Shown: positions 1-9,078, counted from the stretch's first letter. The stretch is DNA of 64,000 nucleotides from Candidatus Pacearchaeota archaeon (GCA_017609285.1 JAFCEE010000003.1:75529-139528); one strand, 5' to 3'. Program-made: numbers and translations. The notes: generated by a model not told the origin, from the sequence alone.

Positions 1-948
1 AAATATTTTCAAATATTGAAAGCTTACATCAATATCTGGATTACCTCCTTTTTCTCTATGTTCTGTAATTGTTGATTGCCCTCCTGAAAAAGCATATTTT
101 TTTATTTTCCTTTCAACTTCTTTTTGAGAATCTGTTGTATAAATTACTGTTTCTTTATTACCAGAAGAAGACATTTTTCCTTTAATTCCAGTTAAAGGAG
201 GGATAAAAGAACACTGAATAGAAGCAGGTTTATAATATCCTAATTTTGGTAAAATATCTCTTGTCAACCTGAAATGAGGGTCTTGATCAATAGCATGAGG
301 AATTAAACAAGGAATATTTTTTTTCTTTAAAACAGACGGCAAAAATGCAGGAACTGCTTGAACAGAAGTATAAAAAATACTTCCAATATTATTGCTATCT
401 TTAAATCCAAAACTTGATTTAACCATGCTAAAAGTTATTTTTCTTGCCACTCTTGTTGCTTGTTTGTATATCAGCCCTGCATGTTTTGTATCAATTAAAA
501 AATAAGTTTTTTTAGGATTAAATCCCAAAGCAATCACATCTAACATGTTATCTTCCATTATTTTTTGTATTTCTTTATAAGATTTATTACTAAACAAATA
601 TTTTTCATCATCTGTAAATTGAAAATAAAGTTCTACATTAAATTTATCCTGAAGCCATTTTGTAAATATCCAAGGAATTAAATGTCCAATATGAACTTTT
701 CCAGAAGGCCCCCTTCCAGTATAAAGAAAAAATTTATTTCCTTTTTCATATTCATCTAAAATCCAGTTCAAATCCCGATGAGCAAAAAATAAACCTCTCT
801 TTAACATTGGATTAAGTTCTCCAGTATGCTTTTTAATTTTTTCAAGAAGTTTTTCACTAATTTTAGAAACCCCAAATTCCTTAATCAACCTCTCATAATC
901 TACTTCCCCCTTAACTTCCCAAGGAGTTACTTTAAACTCTTTTTTCAT
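1..948 (-). CDS. trpS: tryptophanyl-tRNA synthetase (archaeal/eukaryotic type); C-terminal part runs off the window
   Basis: Absent from the ORF track because no stop lies in the window. The reverse complement from the ATG at 948-946 reads MKKEFKVTPWEVKGEVDYERLIKEFGVSKI...FFLYTGRGPSGKVHIGHLIPWIFTKWLQDKFNVELYFQFTDDEKY. It has the TPW..G..DY..LI..FG N-terminus and the class I HIGH motif typical of TrpRS. Confidence 0.8.
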   Translation of the reverse strand, partial: MKKEFKVTPWEVKGEVDYERLIKEFGVSKISEKLLEKIKKHTGELNPMLKRGLFFAHRDLNWILDEYEKGNKFFLYTGRGPSGKVHIGHLIPWIFTKWLQDKFNVELYFQFTDDEKYLFSNKSYKEIQKIMEDNMLDVIALGFNPKKTYFLIDTKHAGLIYKQATRVARKITFSMVKSSFGFKDSNNIGSIFYTSVQAVPAFLPSVLKKKNIPCLIPHAIDQDPHFRLTRDILPKLGYYKPASIQCSFIPPLTGIKGKMSSSGNKETVIYTTDSQKEVERKIKKYAFSGGQSTITEHREKGGNPDIDVSFQYLKIF

Positions 949-1024
949 TTTTTAAATAAGAAAATTGGATTTAAAAATCCTTTGAAAAAGTTTAAATATT
1001 ACCTTATTTTAGGAATTTTATAAA

Positions 1025-3028
1025 ATGAGGCAGAAATTATTACCAATATGCTTAATACTTGTTCTCGTAACAATTCTATCTTTGAATATAATCTCAGCTG
1101 AGATTATGTTATCTCAACCTAGTTCGGTCTATAATCTTGGAGATTTGCTTGAAATGAAAGCTACAATAAAACCAACTCAAGATTCTTCAGATTTTTTTGA
1201 TTTAGATTTAGTTTGCAATGAGAGCAAAAATTTTTATAGAGAATATTTAGACCTTGAAGCAGATGAAGAGAAAATTGTTGGAGCTTCTTTAATATTAACT
1301 AGAAAATTTCTCGAAAATTTTACAGGAAATTGTTATGTTAAACAATTATTCAAGATTTCTGATAATATATATATTGGCTTAAATGTTGAAAATTTCAGTA
1401 TAGAGCCTGGGAAGAAAATGGAATTAAAGGGGGAAGCGATAAAAGAAAATGGCGAGAAAGTAGAAGGATTTTTAGAATTGAGTGTAGAGGATACAGAAAT
1501 TAAAATTTTAAATAATGTTAAGAATGGAAGTTTTATTTCTAACCTGGAAGTTCCTGAAAATATGACTTCTGGTTATTATACTTTAAAGGCAAGAGTATAT
1601 GAAAAAGCTGGAGAAGAGATAACTAATGAGGGCTTATTAAAAACAAGCTTATATGTAAAGCAAGTGCCAAAAAAAATTGATATTTCTTTAGAAAATGCAA
1701 GTGTGATTCCAGGCAAGAATATGAGTTTTAAAGTGACAATAAAGGATCAAGCAGGAGATGAAGTTGCGGGAAATATTGGGGTTAAGGTACATAATGTTAA
1801 TAACGAAATAGTTTTTCAAAAAATTTTAGAATCAGGAAAAGAAGAAACTTTACATTTTGAAAATAATGCAACTCCTGGTTATTGGAGAATTGAAGCTGAT
1901 GCATTTGGTTTAGCTAGCCAAAAACTTTTTTATGTAGAGGAATTAGCAAAAGCAAGATTTGAGATTGAGAATGAAACATTAATTATTACTAACATAGGGA
2001 ATATTGTCTACAGAAAGCCGATAGAGGTTTCTATAAATGACTTTAAAGAAATAAAAAACGTGGATATTGAATTAGGGGAGAGCATGAAGTTAAAACTCTC
2101 TGCACCTGAAGGCGAGTATGAAGTTAAAGTAAGTGATGGCGTATCTGAATTTGTCGCAAGCGGAGTTCCTTTAACTGGAAACATTGTGGGGGTTGCTGAA
2201 CTGAAAAGAGAATTTAATTTAGTTTCAAGATACCCTATTATCTTGTTATTTTTAATGTTAGTATTTGGTTTATTTATTTTTTTTATGGGAAGAAAAGTTT
2301 TTAGGAAAAAAGCTTATGCTTATCCAATTACAGCAACACCAACAAAAATTAAGGTAGAAGAAAAAAAGAAAACTGAAAAAGAAGAAAAAGAAGAATTAAA
2401 AGTACCTCTTCCCACTAAAATAGGAGAAGCAGAACATTCTTTAGTTTTGCATGGAAGAAAAGAAAAGACTGGAATTCTTACTGTTAGAATAAAAGACTTA
2501 AATGTTGTAAAGAAGACAGCTCAAGAGACAATAAATGATATTGTAAGAATAATTGTAGAGAATAATGGTGTGGTGTATGAAACATCTGACTATATTTTTG
2601 GAATATTTTCTTCTTTAACTACAAGAACCTTTAATAATGAGATGTTAACTATTAAGACCTCGAAACAAATAAATGATATTATAGGGGAGCGTAATAAAAA
2701 ATACAAAGAAAAGATTTTTTATGGAATATCTGTTAATTCGGGAGATCTTATATTGAAAAAAGAGGCTAATAAATTAAAATTCACAAGTGTAGGCAATACT
2801 ATAAACTTAGCTAAAAGAATAGCGTCTTTATCTAATGAAGAGATTTTGATGTCTGAGCCTCTCCATAACAAAGTCATGTCAGAGGTTAAAGCAGAAAAAG
2901 AAGTTAGAGATGGCATTAATGTTTATCACATTAAAAATATAATTGAAAGAGATAGATATAAAGAATTTATTTCAGATTTTTTACAAAGATTGGGTGAAGA
3001 AGGAAAGGGTTTAGAAGGAAAGAGATGA
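1025..3028 (+). CDS. single-pass surface receptor-like protein with a cytoplasmic class III nucleotidyl-cyclase-like domain
   Basis: 667-aa ORF. N-terminal signal/TM (LLPICLILVLVTILSLNIISA), long beta-rich ectodomain, one TM (IILLFLMLVFGLFIFFMG), a K/E-rich linker, and a ~200-aa C-terminal domain ending ...GISVNSGDLILKK..FTSVGNTINLAKRIASLSNEEILMSE. Confidence 0.6.
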   Translation: MRQKLLPICLILVLVTILSLNIISAEIMLSQPSSVYNLGDLLEMKATIKPTQDSSDFFDLDLVCNESKNFYREYLDLEADEEKIVGASLILTRKFLENFTGNCYVKQLFKISDNIYIGLNVENFSIEPGKKMELKGEAIKENGEKVEGFLELSVEDTEIKILNNVKNGSFISNLEVPENMTSGYYTLKARVYEKAGEEITNEGLLKTSLYVKQVPKKIDISLENASVIPGKNMSFKVTIKDQAGDEVAGNIGVKVHNVNNEIVFQKILESGKEETLHFENNATPGYWRIEADAFGLASQKLFYVEELAKARFEIENETLIITNIGNIVYRKPIEVSINDFKEIKNVDIELGESMKLKLSAPEGEYEVKVSDGVSEFVASGVPLTGNIVGVAELKREFNLVSRYPIILLFLMLVFGLFIFFMGRKVFRKKAYAYPITATPTKIKVEEKKKTEKEEKEELKVPLPTKIGEAEHSLVLHGRKEKTGILTVRIKDLNVVKKTAQETINDIVRIIVENNGVVYETSDYIFGIFSSLTTRTFNNEMLTIKTSKQINDIIGERNKKYKEKIFYGISVNSGDLILKKEANKLKFTSVGNTINLAKRIASLSNEEILMSEPLHNKVMSEVKAEKEVRDGINVYHIKNIIERDRYKEFISDFLQRLGEEGKGLEGKR

Positions 3029-3654
3029 ACTCGAAAATTTTGCTTTTTGATTTTGATGGCACAATAGTTGATTCTAAGCAAGTTTATTATAAAGCTATGA
3101 TTAAACATCTTAATCCTTTTGGTTTCAGCAAAAAGAGGATTGACAAAGAAATTAAGATTGGTTTAAGTGTTGCTAAAACACTAAAAAAATTAGGGTTTTC
3201 TTTTATTGAAAATTGGATTTTGAAAAGAAAGATTATGAAGGATGTTTTAAAGTATACAAAAGAAATAAAAAAATGCAAAGATGTTGACAGTATAAAAAAT
3301 TTGAAGATAAAAAAAGTTTTAATTTCAAATTCTACTTCTGATTTTGTTTTTCCTATTTTAAAACATTTAAAACTGAAAAAAGAATTTGAAGAGATTTATA
3401 CTGCTGATAATTTTAATGATAAAACTGAATTTATTAAAGAATATTTGAAAGATAAAAAAATTAAAAACAAAGATGCTTATTATATTGGTGATAGGGTTGC
3501 TGATGTTTTGCTTGCTAAAAATATTGGATGTAAAAGTATTATTGTAGTGGGAAAATGTTCGTGGGATTCAAGAAAAGAAATATTGAAAGCTGAGCCAGAT
3601 TTTGTTGTCAGTAGTTTATCTGATATTAAGAAGATTTTATCTCAAACTTCTTAA
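3025..3654 (+). CDS. HAD-superfamily hydrolase (phosphatase-like)
   Basis: LLFDFDGTIVDS (DxDGT motif I), ISNS (motif II) and GDRVADV (motif IV). Its start overlaps the upstream stop in an ATGA arrangement. Confidence 0.75.
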   Translation: MNSKILLFDFDGTIVDSKQVYYKAMIKHLNPFGFSKKRIDKEIKIGLSVAKTLKKLGFSFIENWILKRKIMKDVLKYTKEIKKCKDVDSIKNLKIKKVLISNSTSDFVFPILKHLKLKKEFEEIYTADNFNDKTEFIKEYLKDKKIKNKDAYYIGDRVADVLLAKNIGCKSIIVVGKCSWDSRKEILKAEPDFVVSSLSDIKKILSQTS

Positions 3655-4546
3655 TTTTATGTTTAGAATATTTTCTTATGAGTGTTTTTGCTTTTTTAAT
3701 TAATTTTTCTTTATTTTGCTTCTTTTCTAGCCTAATTAATGCAGTAGGGCCGGGTTGTTCTGGTATGATTTTAATCCCTTTTTCCTTCTCAAGTAATTTA
3801 TTCTCTTGTTCATTTTTTCCTAAAATAATTTGGCTGGCAAAAAAATGCCTTCCTATACTTAAAAGTTTTATATCTTGATAAGTTAGTTTTTTTTTCAGTA
3901 GGAATTTTAATTTTTTACAATACTCTTTTTCGCATAAGAGACAGCCGCCCCCAGGTGATGGAAAAGTTATATTATATTTTTTAGCAAGAAAAATCTGTTT
4001 TTTTCTTTGCCTTCCTTGAATATCGAGAAGTTTATTCCTTTCAATTAAACCTTTTTTTTCTGCTTCTGTTTCAGGCAAGAGTTTAGCTGATAATGGTCTT
4101 AACACCTTTTCTTTTAAGCCAGCTTCTTTTTCAATTAACAATAAGGCTTTTTTATTCTGAGAAAGAGGACGCTCGCCAAGAACTTCACCTGTTACTATAA
4201 TATCTACTTTTATTTTTTTAGCTAACTTTTTAGCTTTTTTCAGCATAAAAATATGACAATCTATACATGGATTTAAAGCGGTACCTCTAGAAAATTTAGG
4301 CTTTCTAATCATATCCATATACTCTTTAAACAATTTTCCTTTGGTGCAGTCAACAATGTGCAATTTTATTTTATTTTCTTTACAAAATTTCTTAATTTCC
4401 TTTGTCTTGTCTTTTGAAAAAGGAAGCTTTAGATATAAAGTTTCTATTTTTGCTTGTTCCTGAAGCAATTTACTTACCAATAATGAATCTAAACCTCCGG
4501 ATAGTAAGATTAGAGCTTTAACTTTTTTATCCTTATTTTTTATCAT
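3626..4546 (-). CDS. PP-loop ATP pyrophosphatase, ThiI/MnmA-like predicted tRNA thiolation enzyme
   Basis: ALILLSGGLDSLL (SGGxDS PP-loop), NPCIDCHIFMLKKA...IIVTGEVLGERPLSQ, C-terminal PSPGGGCLLCEKEY. Confidence 0.65.
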   Translation of the reverse strand: MIKNKDKKVKALILLSGGLDSLLVSKLLQEQAKIETLYLKLPFSKDKTKEIKKFCKENKIKLHIVDCTKGKLFKEYMDMIRKPKFSRGTALNPCIDCHIFMLKKAKKLAKKIKVDIIVTGEVLGERPLSQNKKALLLIEKEAGLKEKVLRPLSAKLLPETEAEKKGLIERNKLLDIQGRQRKKQIFLAKKYNITFPSPGGGCLLCEKEYCKKLKFLLKKKLTYQDIKLLSIGRHFFASQIILGKNEQENKLLEKEKGIKIIPEQPGPTALIRLEKKQNKEKLIKKAKTLIRKYSKHKIKKFEIKSS

Positions 4547-4550
4547 TAAG

Positions 4551-4886
4551 TTATAAAGAATTATCTTTTTTTAAGTTTTCTTCTAATTTTTTGTTTAAAA
4601 GGAAAAAACTCTCAAATTCTTCTATAACTTCCTCTTTAACTTTATTTTCTTTCAGTATTTCTAATATTCTTTCTGCAGTATCCATTGACACAAGTGTATT
4701 TTTACAGACTATACATTCTCCTGGTCTAAGTTTAATTGTTTTTAATTCCTCATTTATTTGTCTCTTTACTTCCTCGTCTAAATCTTTCCATTTTTCATTT
4801 GTCCAAGAGTTTATTTCATGTGAGAGACATCTAGAACATAGATGCAATGATTTTAATGGATTTTGGATAGATGTTAGTTTTGTCAT
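4551..4886 (-). CDS. hypothetical zinc-ribbon-like protein
   Basis: 111-aa ORF with CSRC...CIVC cysteine pairs, co-directional and adjacent to the PP-loop gene. No family recognised. Confidence 0.45.
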   Translation of the reverse strand: MTKLTSIQNPLKSLHLCSRCLSHEINSWTNEKWKDLDEEVKRQINEELKTIKLRPGECIVCKNTLVSMDTAERILEILKENKVKEEVIEEFESFFLLNKKLEENLKKDNSL

Positions 4887-5107
4887 TTTAGAAATGAATC
4901 CTGCTTAAGTTTCTTTATGGAAACTTAGCAGGAATAGGGTATGAATTTAATTCCTGTAAAGCAGACATAACCTAAAGTAGTTAAATGTTTAGAATTCTTA
5001 TTCCATCTTCCTAGATTTATGTCTACTTGCATGTTTTTTAAAGAAAGAATATATTTAAATAGGTTTCGTTTATATAATATATATTATTTTTGAAGAGAGA
5101 TATAAAA

Positions 5108-6058
5108 ATGGCAAAAAAAGAACGTCTTTATTCTGGTAATGAAAATATAGGGCATTATGATGTTTGTATACTCGGGGGAGGTCCTGCAGGTTTGACATCA
5201 TCTATTTATTCAGGAAGATATGGTTTACATACAGTTTTAATAAGCAAAGATATTGGTGGTATGGCTAATTTAGCTGAGAAAATAGAGAACTATCCTGGTT
5301 TTGAAGGCACTGGTCTTGAGTTAATGAAAAAGTTTTGGGAACAAGCTAAAAAATTTGGTGCAGAGTTTTTGAATTCAGAAGCAGTTAATTTACACAAAAA
5401 TAAGACAGGATTTATCATTGAATTAAAGGACAGAAGAGTTGTACATTCTAAATCTATTATATTAGCTTTAGGAACTAAAAAAAGAAAATTAAATATTCCT
5501 GGAGAGGAACAGTTTTTAGGAAAAGGAGTGAGTTATTGTGCAACTTGTGATGCTAATTTTTTTAAGGGGAAGGTGGTGGGAGTAATAGGAGGAAGTAATT
5601 CTGCAGCTAAATCAGCTTTAATATTGTCAAGAATTGCTAAAAAAGTTTATATTATTTATAGAAGGGGAGAGTTGAGATGTGATAAGGTAGAGAAAGAAAA
5701 GATTAAGAAAGCAGGAAATATAGAGGTAATTTATAATTCTGTTCCTTTAAAAATTAAAGGTAAAGATAAAGTGACAGGAATAGAGATTATTGATAAAGAT
5801 AAAGATAAAAGAGAGATAAAGCTGGATGGTGTTTTTGTTGAGATTGGTAGTATACCTTTAACAGCAATAGCAAAAAGATTAGGGGTTAAAACTAATAAAG
5901 AAGGATATATTATTGTTGATAATGATATGGCTACGAATGTAAGAGGAGTTTATGCAGCTGGTGATGTAGTAGAAAGTAAGCTGAAGCAGGTAATTGTTTC
6001 TGCAAGTCAAGGAGCTTTAGCTGCTCACTCAGTTAAAGATTATTTATCTCAGAAATAA
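5108..6058 (+). CDS. trxB: thioredoxin reductase (FAD pyridine-nucleotide disulfide oxidoreductase)
   Basis: YDVCILGGGPAGLTSSIY (FAD GxGxxG), redox CATCDANFF, second dinucleotide fold VGVIGGSNSAAKSA, AAGDV. The ORF track begins at TTG 5090; ATG 5108 (MAKKERLY) is the more likely start. Confidence 0.85.
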   Translation: MAKKERLYSGNENIGHYDVCILGGGPAGLTSSIYSGRYGLHTVLISKDIGGMANLAEKIENYPGFEGTGLELMKKFWEQAKKFGAEFLNSEAVNLHKNKTGFIIELKDRRVVHSKSIILALGTKKRKLNIPGEEQFLGKGVSYCATCDANFFKGKVVGVIGGSNSAAKSALILSRIAKKVYIIYRRGELRCDKVEKEKIKKAGNIEVIYNSVPLKIKGKDKVTGIEIIDKDKDKREIKLDGVFVEIGSIPLTAIAKRLGVKTNKEGYIIVDNDMATNVRGVYAAGDVVESKLKQVIVSASQGALAAHSVKDYLSQK

Positions 6059-6365
6059 TTGTTCCCTACTTATAGAAATTTTAGTTTTTCCTTTACTAAA
6101 CTTTGCTCTTTATTTTAAAGAAGTTCAGTAGAAAAGATTTGTTTCTTTATTTGGCCTTATTTCTGATATTATTTACTACTGACTTTACAATGAGATTAAC
6201 TTCTAGAAAAGAAATTATTGATCTTGTTTTTTCTTCACAGAAATCTCTGGCATATAGATTTCCATCGTATTTGTTTTAGTTTTATTGCTAGAACAGTTAA
6301 AATATTGGAAGAAGTAAAATTTATATATCCTTGAATTTTAAAATCATAATAATAAAGAGGTAAAA

Positions 6366-6542
6366 ATGAAAGTTAAAGTTGATAAAGAAAAATGCATTGG
6401 CTGTGGCGCCTGCGTTTCTGTATGTGGTGAGGTATTTGAGATGAAAGACGGAAAAGCAAATGTGAAGGAAAAAGAGACAGATAAGAAATGTGTAAAAGAA
6501 GCTGAAGAGAGCTGTCCTGTTCAGGCTATAAAAATTGAATAA
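6366..6542 (+). CDS. small 4Fe-4S ferredoxin (58 aa; below the ORF-track length cutoff)
   Basis: Hand translation: MKVKVDKEKCIGCGACVSVCGEVFEMKDGKANVKEKETDKKCVKEAEESCPVQAIKIE*. It has a CxxCxxCxxxC cluster motif plus a distal CP, and AAAGAGG lies 4 nt upstream of the ATG. Confidence 0.8.
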   Translation: MKVKVDKEKCIGCGACVSVCGEVFEMKDGKANVKEKETDKKCVKEAEESCPVQAIKIE

Positions 6543-6632
6543 TAAATTTAATAAAAAGCAGGGAAAATTCTGATTTTAAAACATATCCTTAATTACAATA
6601 ATATATTTAAATTAAGATCCTGTTGTTTTGTT

Positions 6633-7061
6633 ATGATTAGGAGAAAAATTCTGTTCGCAGTTATTTTAATATTTTTTGCTTTGTCTATTGTTGGAGTTTC
6701 TGCATTTTCCTTGAGTGAGGAGTATAAAGAATATCCAGGAAATTATGATATTTGGTATTATAAAGAGGATTTACATGGACATAACCAAGGATTTACATTA
6801 AGACATTATTACAGTTCGCCCTCTCATTCTTATAGTGTAAGTTATGATTCTAACGATGATGTGGAGTGGAATTATTATTCTCCTTATGGAAGGCGGGAAA
6901 ATTATTATAGTTACAGAAACAGAGATGAAAATGCTGTTTATGCTGCTTTTAGTGTTTATGGAGCGAGAAGATATAGGGGATATTATGGAAGTTATGGCTC
7001 TTATGGTAGAATATGGGGCAGTTATTATGGTTCTGGAGGTTATGTTAGGAATTATTGGTAA
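6633..7061 (+). CDS. secreted or membrane-anchored Tyr/Gly/Ser/Arg-rich low-complexity protein
   Basis: 142 aa. N-terminal hydrophobic signal (ILFAVILIFFALSIVGVSA) followed by an extremely Tyr-rich sequence (YYSSPSHSYSVSY...YRGYYGSYGSYGRIWGSYYGSGGYVRNYW). Confidence 0.55.
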   Translation: MIRRKILFAVILIFFALSIVGVSAFSLSEEYKEYPGNYDIWYYKEDLHGHNQGFTLRHYYSSPSHSYSVSYDSNDDVEWNYYSPYGRRENYYSYRNRDENAVYAAFSVYGARRYRGYYGSYGSYGRIWGSYYGSGGYVRNYW

Positions 7062-7134
7062 GTTTTGTGATTTGTTCTATTTAACTATTTTAAAAAACCG
7101 CAAGATTTATAAATGAGTTAACAATAGTAAACTT

Positions 7135-7506
7135 ATGTATAATCTTCCGCAAGAGATAGAGGTTTGGTATATAATTCCTGCTGTAAGAAAAGAATTTGCT
7201 AAAATTCTTACTCGAAAATATAAACTAACTTTTGAAAAAACAGGTAAGATTTTAGGAATCAGTAAATCTGCTATAAGCCAGTATTTAAAAAGAAAAAGGG
7301 CTGATAAAGTGAAATTTCCTGAAAAAATAAAAAAAGAAATTGAGAAATCAGCTGGTAGAGTTGTTAAAAATGAAAGTCTTGCTTTAAAGGAAATTATTAG
7401 GATATTAAATTTGATTAAAAAATCAGGTTGCAGTTGTCAGGCTTGTAGGAAATATAATAAAGGTATTTTGAAATTATGTAAAACAAAACCTATTACTGGA
7501 GAGTAA
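7135..7506 (+). CDS. HTH transcriptional regulator with C-terminal Cys cluster
   Basis: Helix-turn-helix FEKTGKILGISKSAISQYLKRKRA and C-terminal CSCQACRKYNKGILKLC. It is the first gene of the ISC block. Confidence 0.6.
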   Translation: MYNLPQEIEVWYIIPAVRKEFAKILTRKYKLTFEKTGKILGISKSAISQYLKRKRADKVKFPEKIKKEIEKSAGRVVKNESLALKEIIRILNLIKKSGCSCQACRKYNKGILKLCKTKPITGE

Positions 7507-7507
7507 G

Positions 7508-7663
7508 ATGAAAGTAAAATTTTGTCCAAAATGTAAAAGTGAAGTGGTTGAGATGGTGATTGGAGGAAAAATAGGTTTATGGGAATGTAAAAAATGTGGA
7601 TATAGAGGAAGCATTTTTCCTGAAAAAGAAATTAAAGTAAAAGAAAGGAGAAAAGAAAAATGA
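7508..7663 (+). CDS. small zinc-ribbon protein (51 aa; below the ORF-track cutoff)
   Basis: Hand translation: MKVKFCPKCKSEVVEMVIGGKIGLWECKKCGYRGSIFPEKEIKVKERRKEK*. It carries CPKC...CKKC, and its stop overlaps the iscS ATG (ATGA). Confidence 0.5.
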   Translation: MKVKFCPKCKSEVVEMVIGGKIGLWECKKCGYRGSIFPEKEIKVKERRKEK

Positions 7664-8832
7664 TATACTTAGATAATGCTGCCACTACGCCTTTAGACGA
7701 GAAAGTATTGAAAGTTATGTTGCCATATTTTACTCAGAAGTATGGAAATGCAAGCTCTTTACATTCTAAAGGCAGAGAGGCTAAACAAGCATTAGAAAAT
7801 GCGAGGAAAACAATAGCCAAAAGCATAAATGCTAAACCTTCTGAAATAGTATTTACTTCAGGAGGGACAGAAAGCAACAACTTAGCTATAAAAGGTATTG
7901 TTTTTGCTAATAAAGAAAATAAAGAAAAAAATAATATTATAACTACCAAGATTGAACATGATTGTGTTTTGAATGCTTGTAAATGGTTAGAAAAACAAGG
8001 TTGGAAAGTTACTTATTTGAATGTAGATAAAAAGGGGTTTATTTCTTTAGATGATTTAGAAAAAGCTATAACAAACAATACTTTGTTGGTTTCTATAATA
8101 CATGGAAATAATGAGATTGGAACAATACAAAACTTAGAGGAAATTGGAAAGATATGTAAAAATAAAGGAACACTTTTTCATACTGATGCTTGTCAGAGTT
8201 ACACTAAAACTTTACTTGATGTGAAAAAAATGAATTTAGATTTAGTAACCTTAAATGCTCATAAAATTCATGGTCCTAAAGGTGTTGGAGCTTTATATAT
8301 TCGGGAAGGAATAAAAATTACTCCACTTGCTCACGGAGGAGGTCATGAAAAAGGTTTAAGGTCAGGAACAGAGAATATACCTGGTATTGTAGGGTTTGCA
8401 GAAGCTGTTAAGCAAATGAAAAAATCCGACATAAAAAAAATGACTAAACTTAGAGACAAGCTTATTAAAGGAATTGAAGAGAAAATTCAAGAAGTTAGGT
8501 TAAATGGGCCTCTAGGAGACAGAAGATTATGCAATAATATTAATTTTTCTTTTGAGGGAGTTGAAGGAGAAGCAATAGGAATGATGTTAGATGCTAAGGG
8601 AATTTGCAGTTCAACAAGTTCTGCTTGTTCAAGCAAAAGTTTAGAACCTTCACATGTTTTGAAAGCTATTGGTTTAAGTGAAAAGGAAGCTCGTGGCTCT
8701 TTAAGGTTATCTCTTGGTAAGGAAAATACCGAAGAGGAAGTTGATAAAGTTCTTGAGATAATGCCAAAGATAATAGAAAGATTAAGGAAGATATCACCCT
8801 TTGACAAGTTAATAAATAAAGTTGTGAAATAG
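7660..8832 (+). CDS. iscS: cysteine desulfurase (IscS/NifS class)
   Basis: MIYLDNAATTPLD, TSGGTESNN, LNAHKIHGPKG (PLP lysine), catalytic-loop SSACSS. Confidence 0.9.
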   Translation: MIYLDNAATTPLDEKVLKVMLPYFTQKYGNASSLHSKGREAKQALENARKTIAKSINAKPSEIVFTSGGTESNNLAIKGIVFANKENKEKNNIITTKIEHDCVLNACKWLEKQGWKVTYLNVDKKGFISLDDLEKAITNNTLLVSIIHGNNEIGTIQNLEEIGKICKNKGTLFHTDACQSYTKTLLDVKKMNLDLVTLNAHKIHGPKGVGALYIREGIKITPLAHGGGHEKGLRSGTENIPGIVGFAEAVKQMKKSDIKKMTKLRDKLIKGIEEKIQEVRLNGPLGDRRLCNNINFSFEGVEGEAIGMMLDAKGICSSTSSACSSKSLEPSHVLKAIGLSEKEARGSLRLSLGKENTEEEVDKVLEIMPKIIERLRKISPFDKLINKVVK

Positions 8833-8853
8833 GAGGTTGAAAAGTTAAGGAAA

Positions 8854-9078
8854 ATGGGAACGAGGAAAAGACAAGAAAAAGGAAAAATAACAAAAAAAAT
8901 GACTTTTGCTTCTGTATTGAAAAAGTATCCAGAAACAGCTGACATATTTGTACAAGAGGGTTTGCATTGTATTGGCTGTCCTTTTGCTATGATGGAAACT
9001 ATTGAAGATGGATGTAAAGCTCATAACATTAATCCTGACAAGTTAGTTGAGAAGATAAATAAGGCAATAAAAAAGTAA
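8854..9078 (+). CDS. DUF1858-type redox-disulfide domain protein (hybrid-cluster-protein-associated family)
   Basis: MTFASVLKKYPETADIFVQEGLHCIGCPFAMMETIEDGCKAHNI. An alternative start is ATG 8899. Confidence 0.6.
   Translation: MGTRKRQEKGKITKKMTFASVLKKYPETADIFVQEGLHCIGCPFAMMETIEDGCKAHNINPDKLVEKINKAIKK

Noticed and set aside
826-1023. 65-aa plus-strand ORF at the window start
   Set aside because: It overlaps the 5' end of the minus-strand trpS gene antisense. The translation is Phe/Lys/Asn low complexity.
6844-7116. 90-aa alternative-frame ORF overlapping the Tyr-rich protein gene
   Set aside because: It has no signal peptide or upstream SD, and its Met/Ile/Leu-rich sequence looks like a frame artefact of the TAT/GGN-rich repeat. 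The 6633 frame has a proper N-terminal signal. This was not formally tested.
8487-8945. 152-aa and 75-aa minus-strand ORFs across the iscS 3' end
   Set aside because: They are antisense to iscS and the DUF1858 gene, with no motifs. The plus-strand genes are strongly supported.
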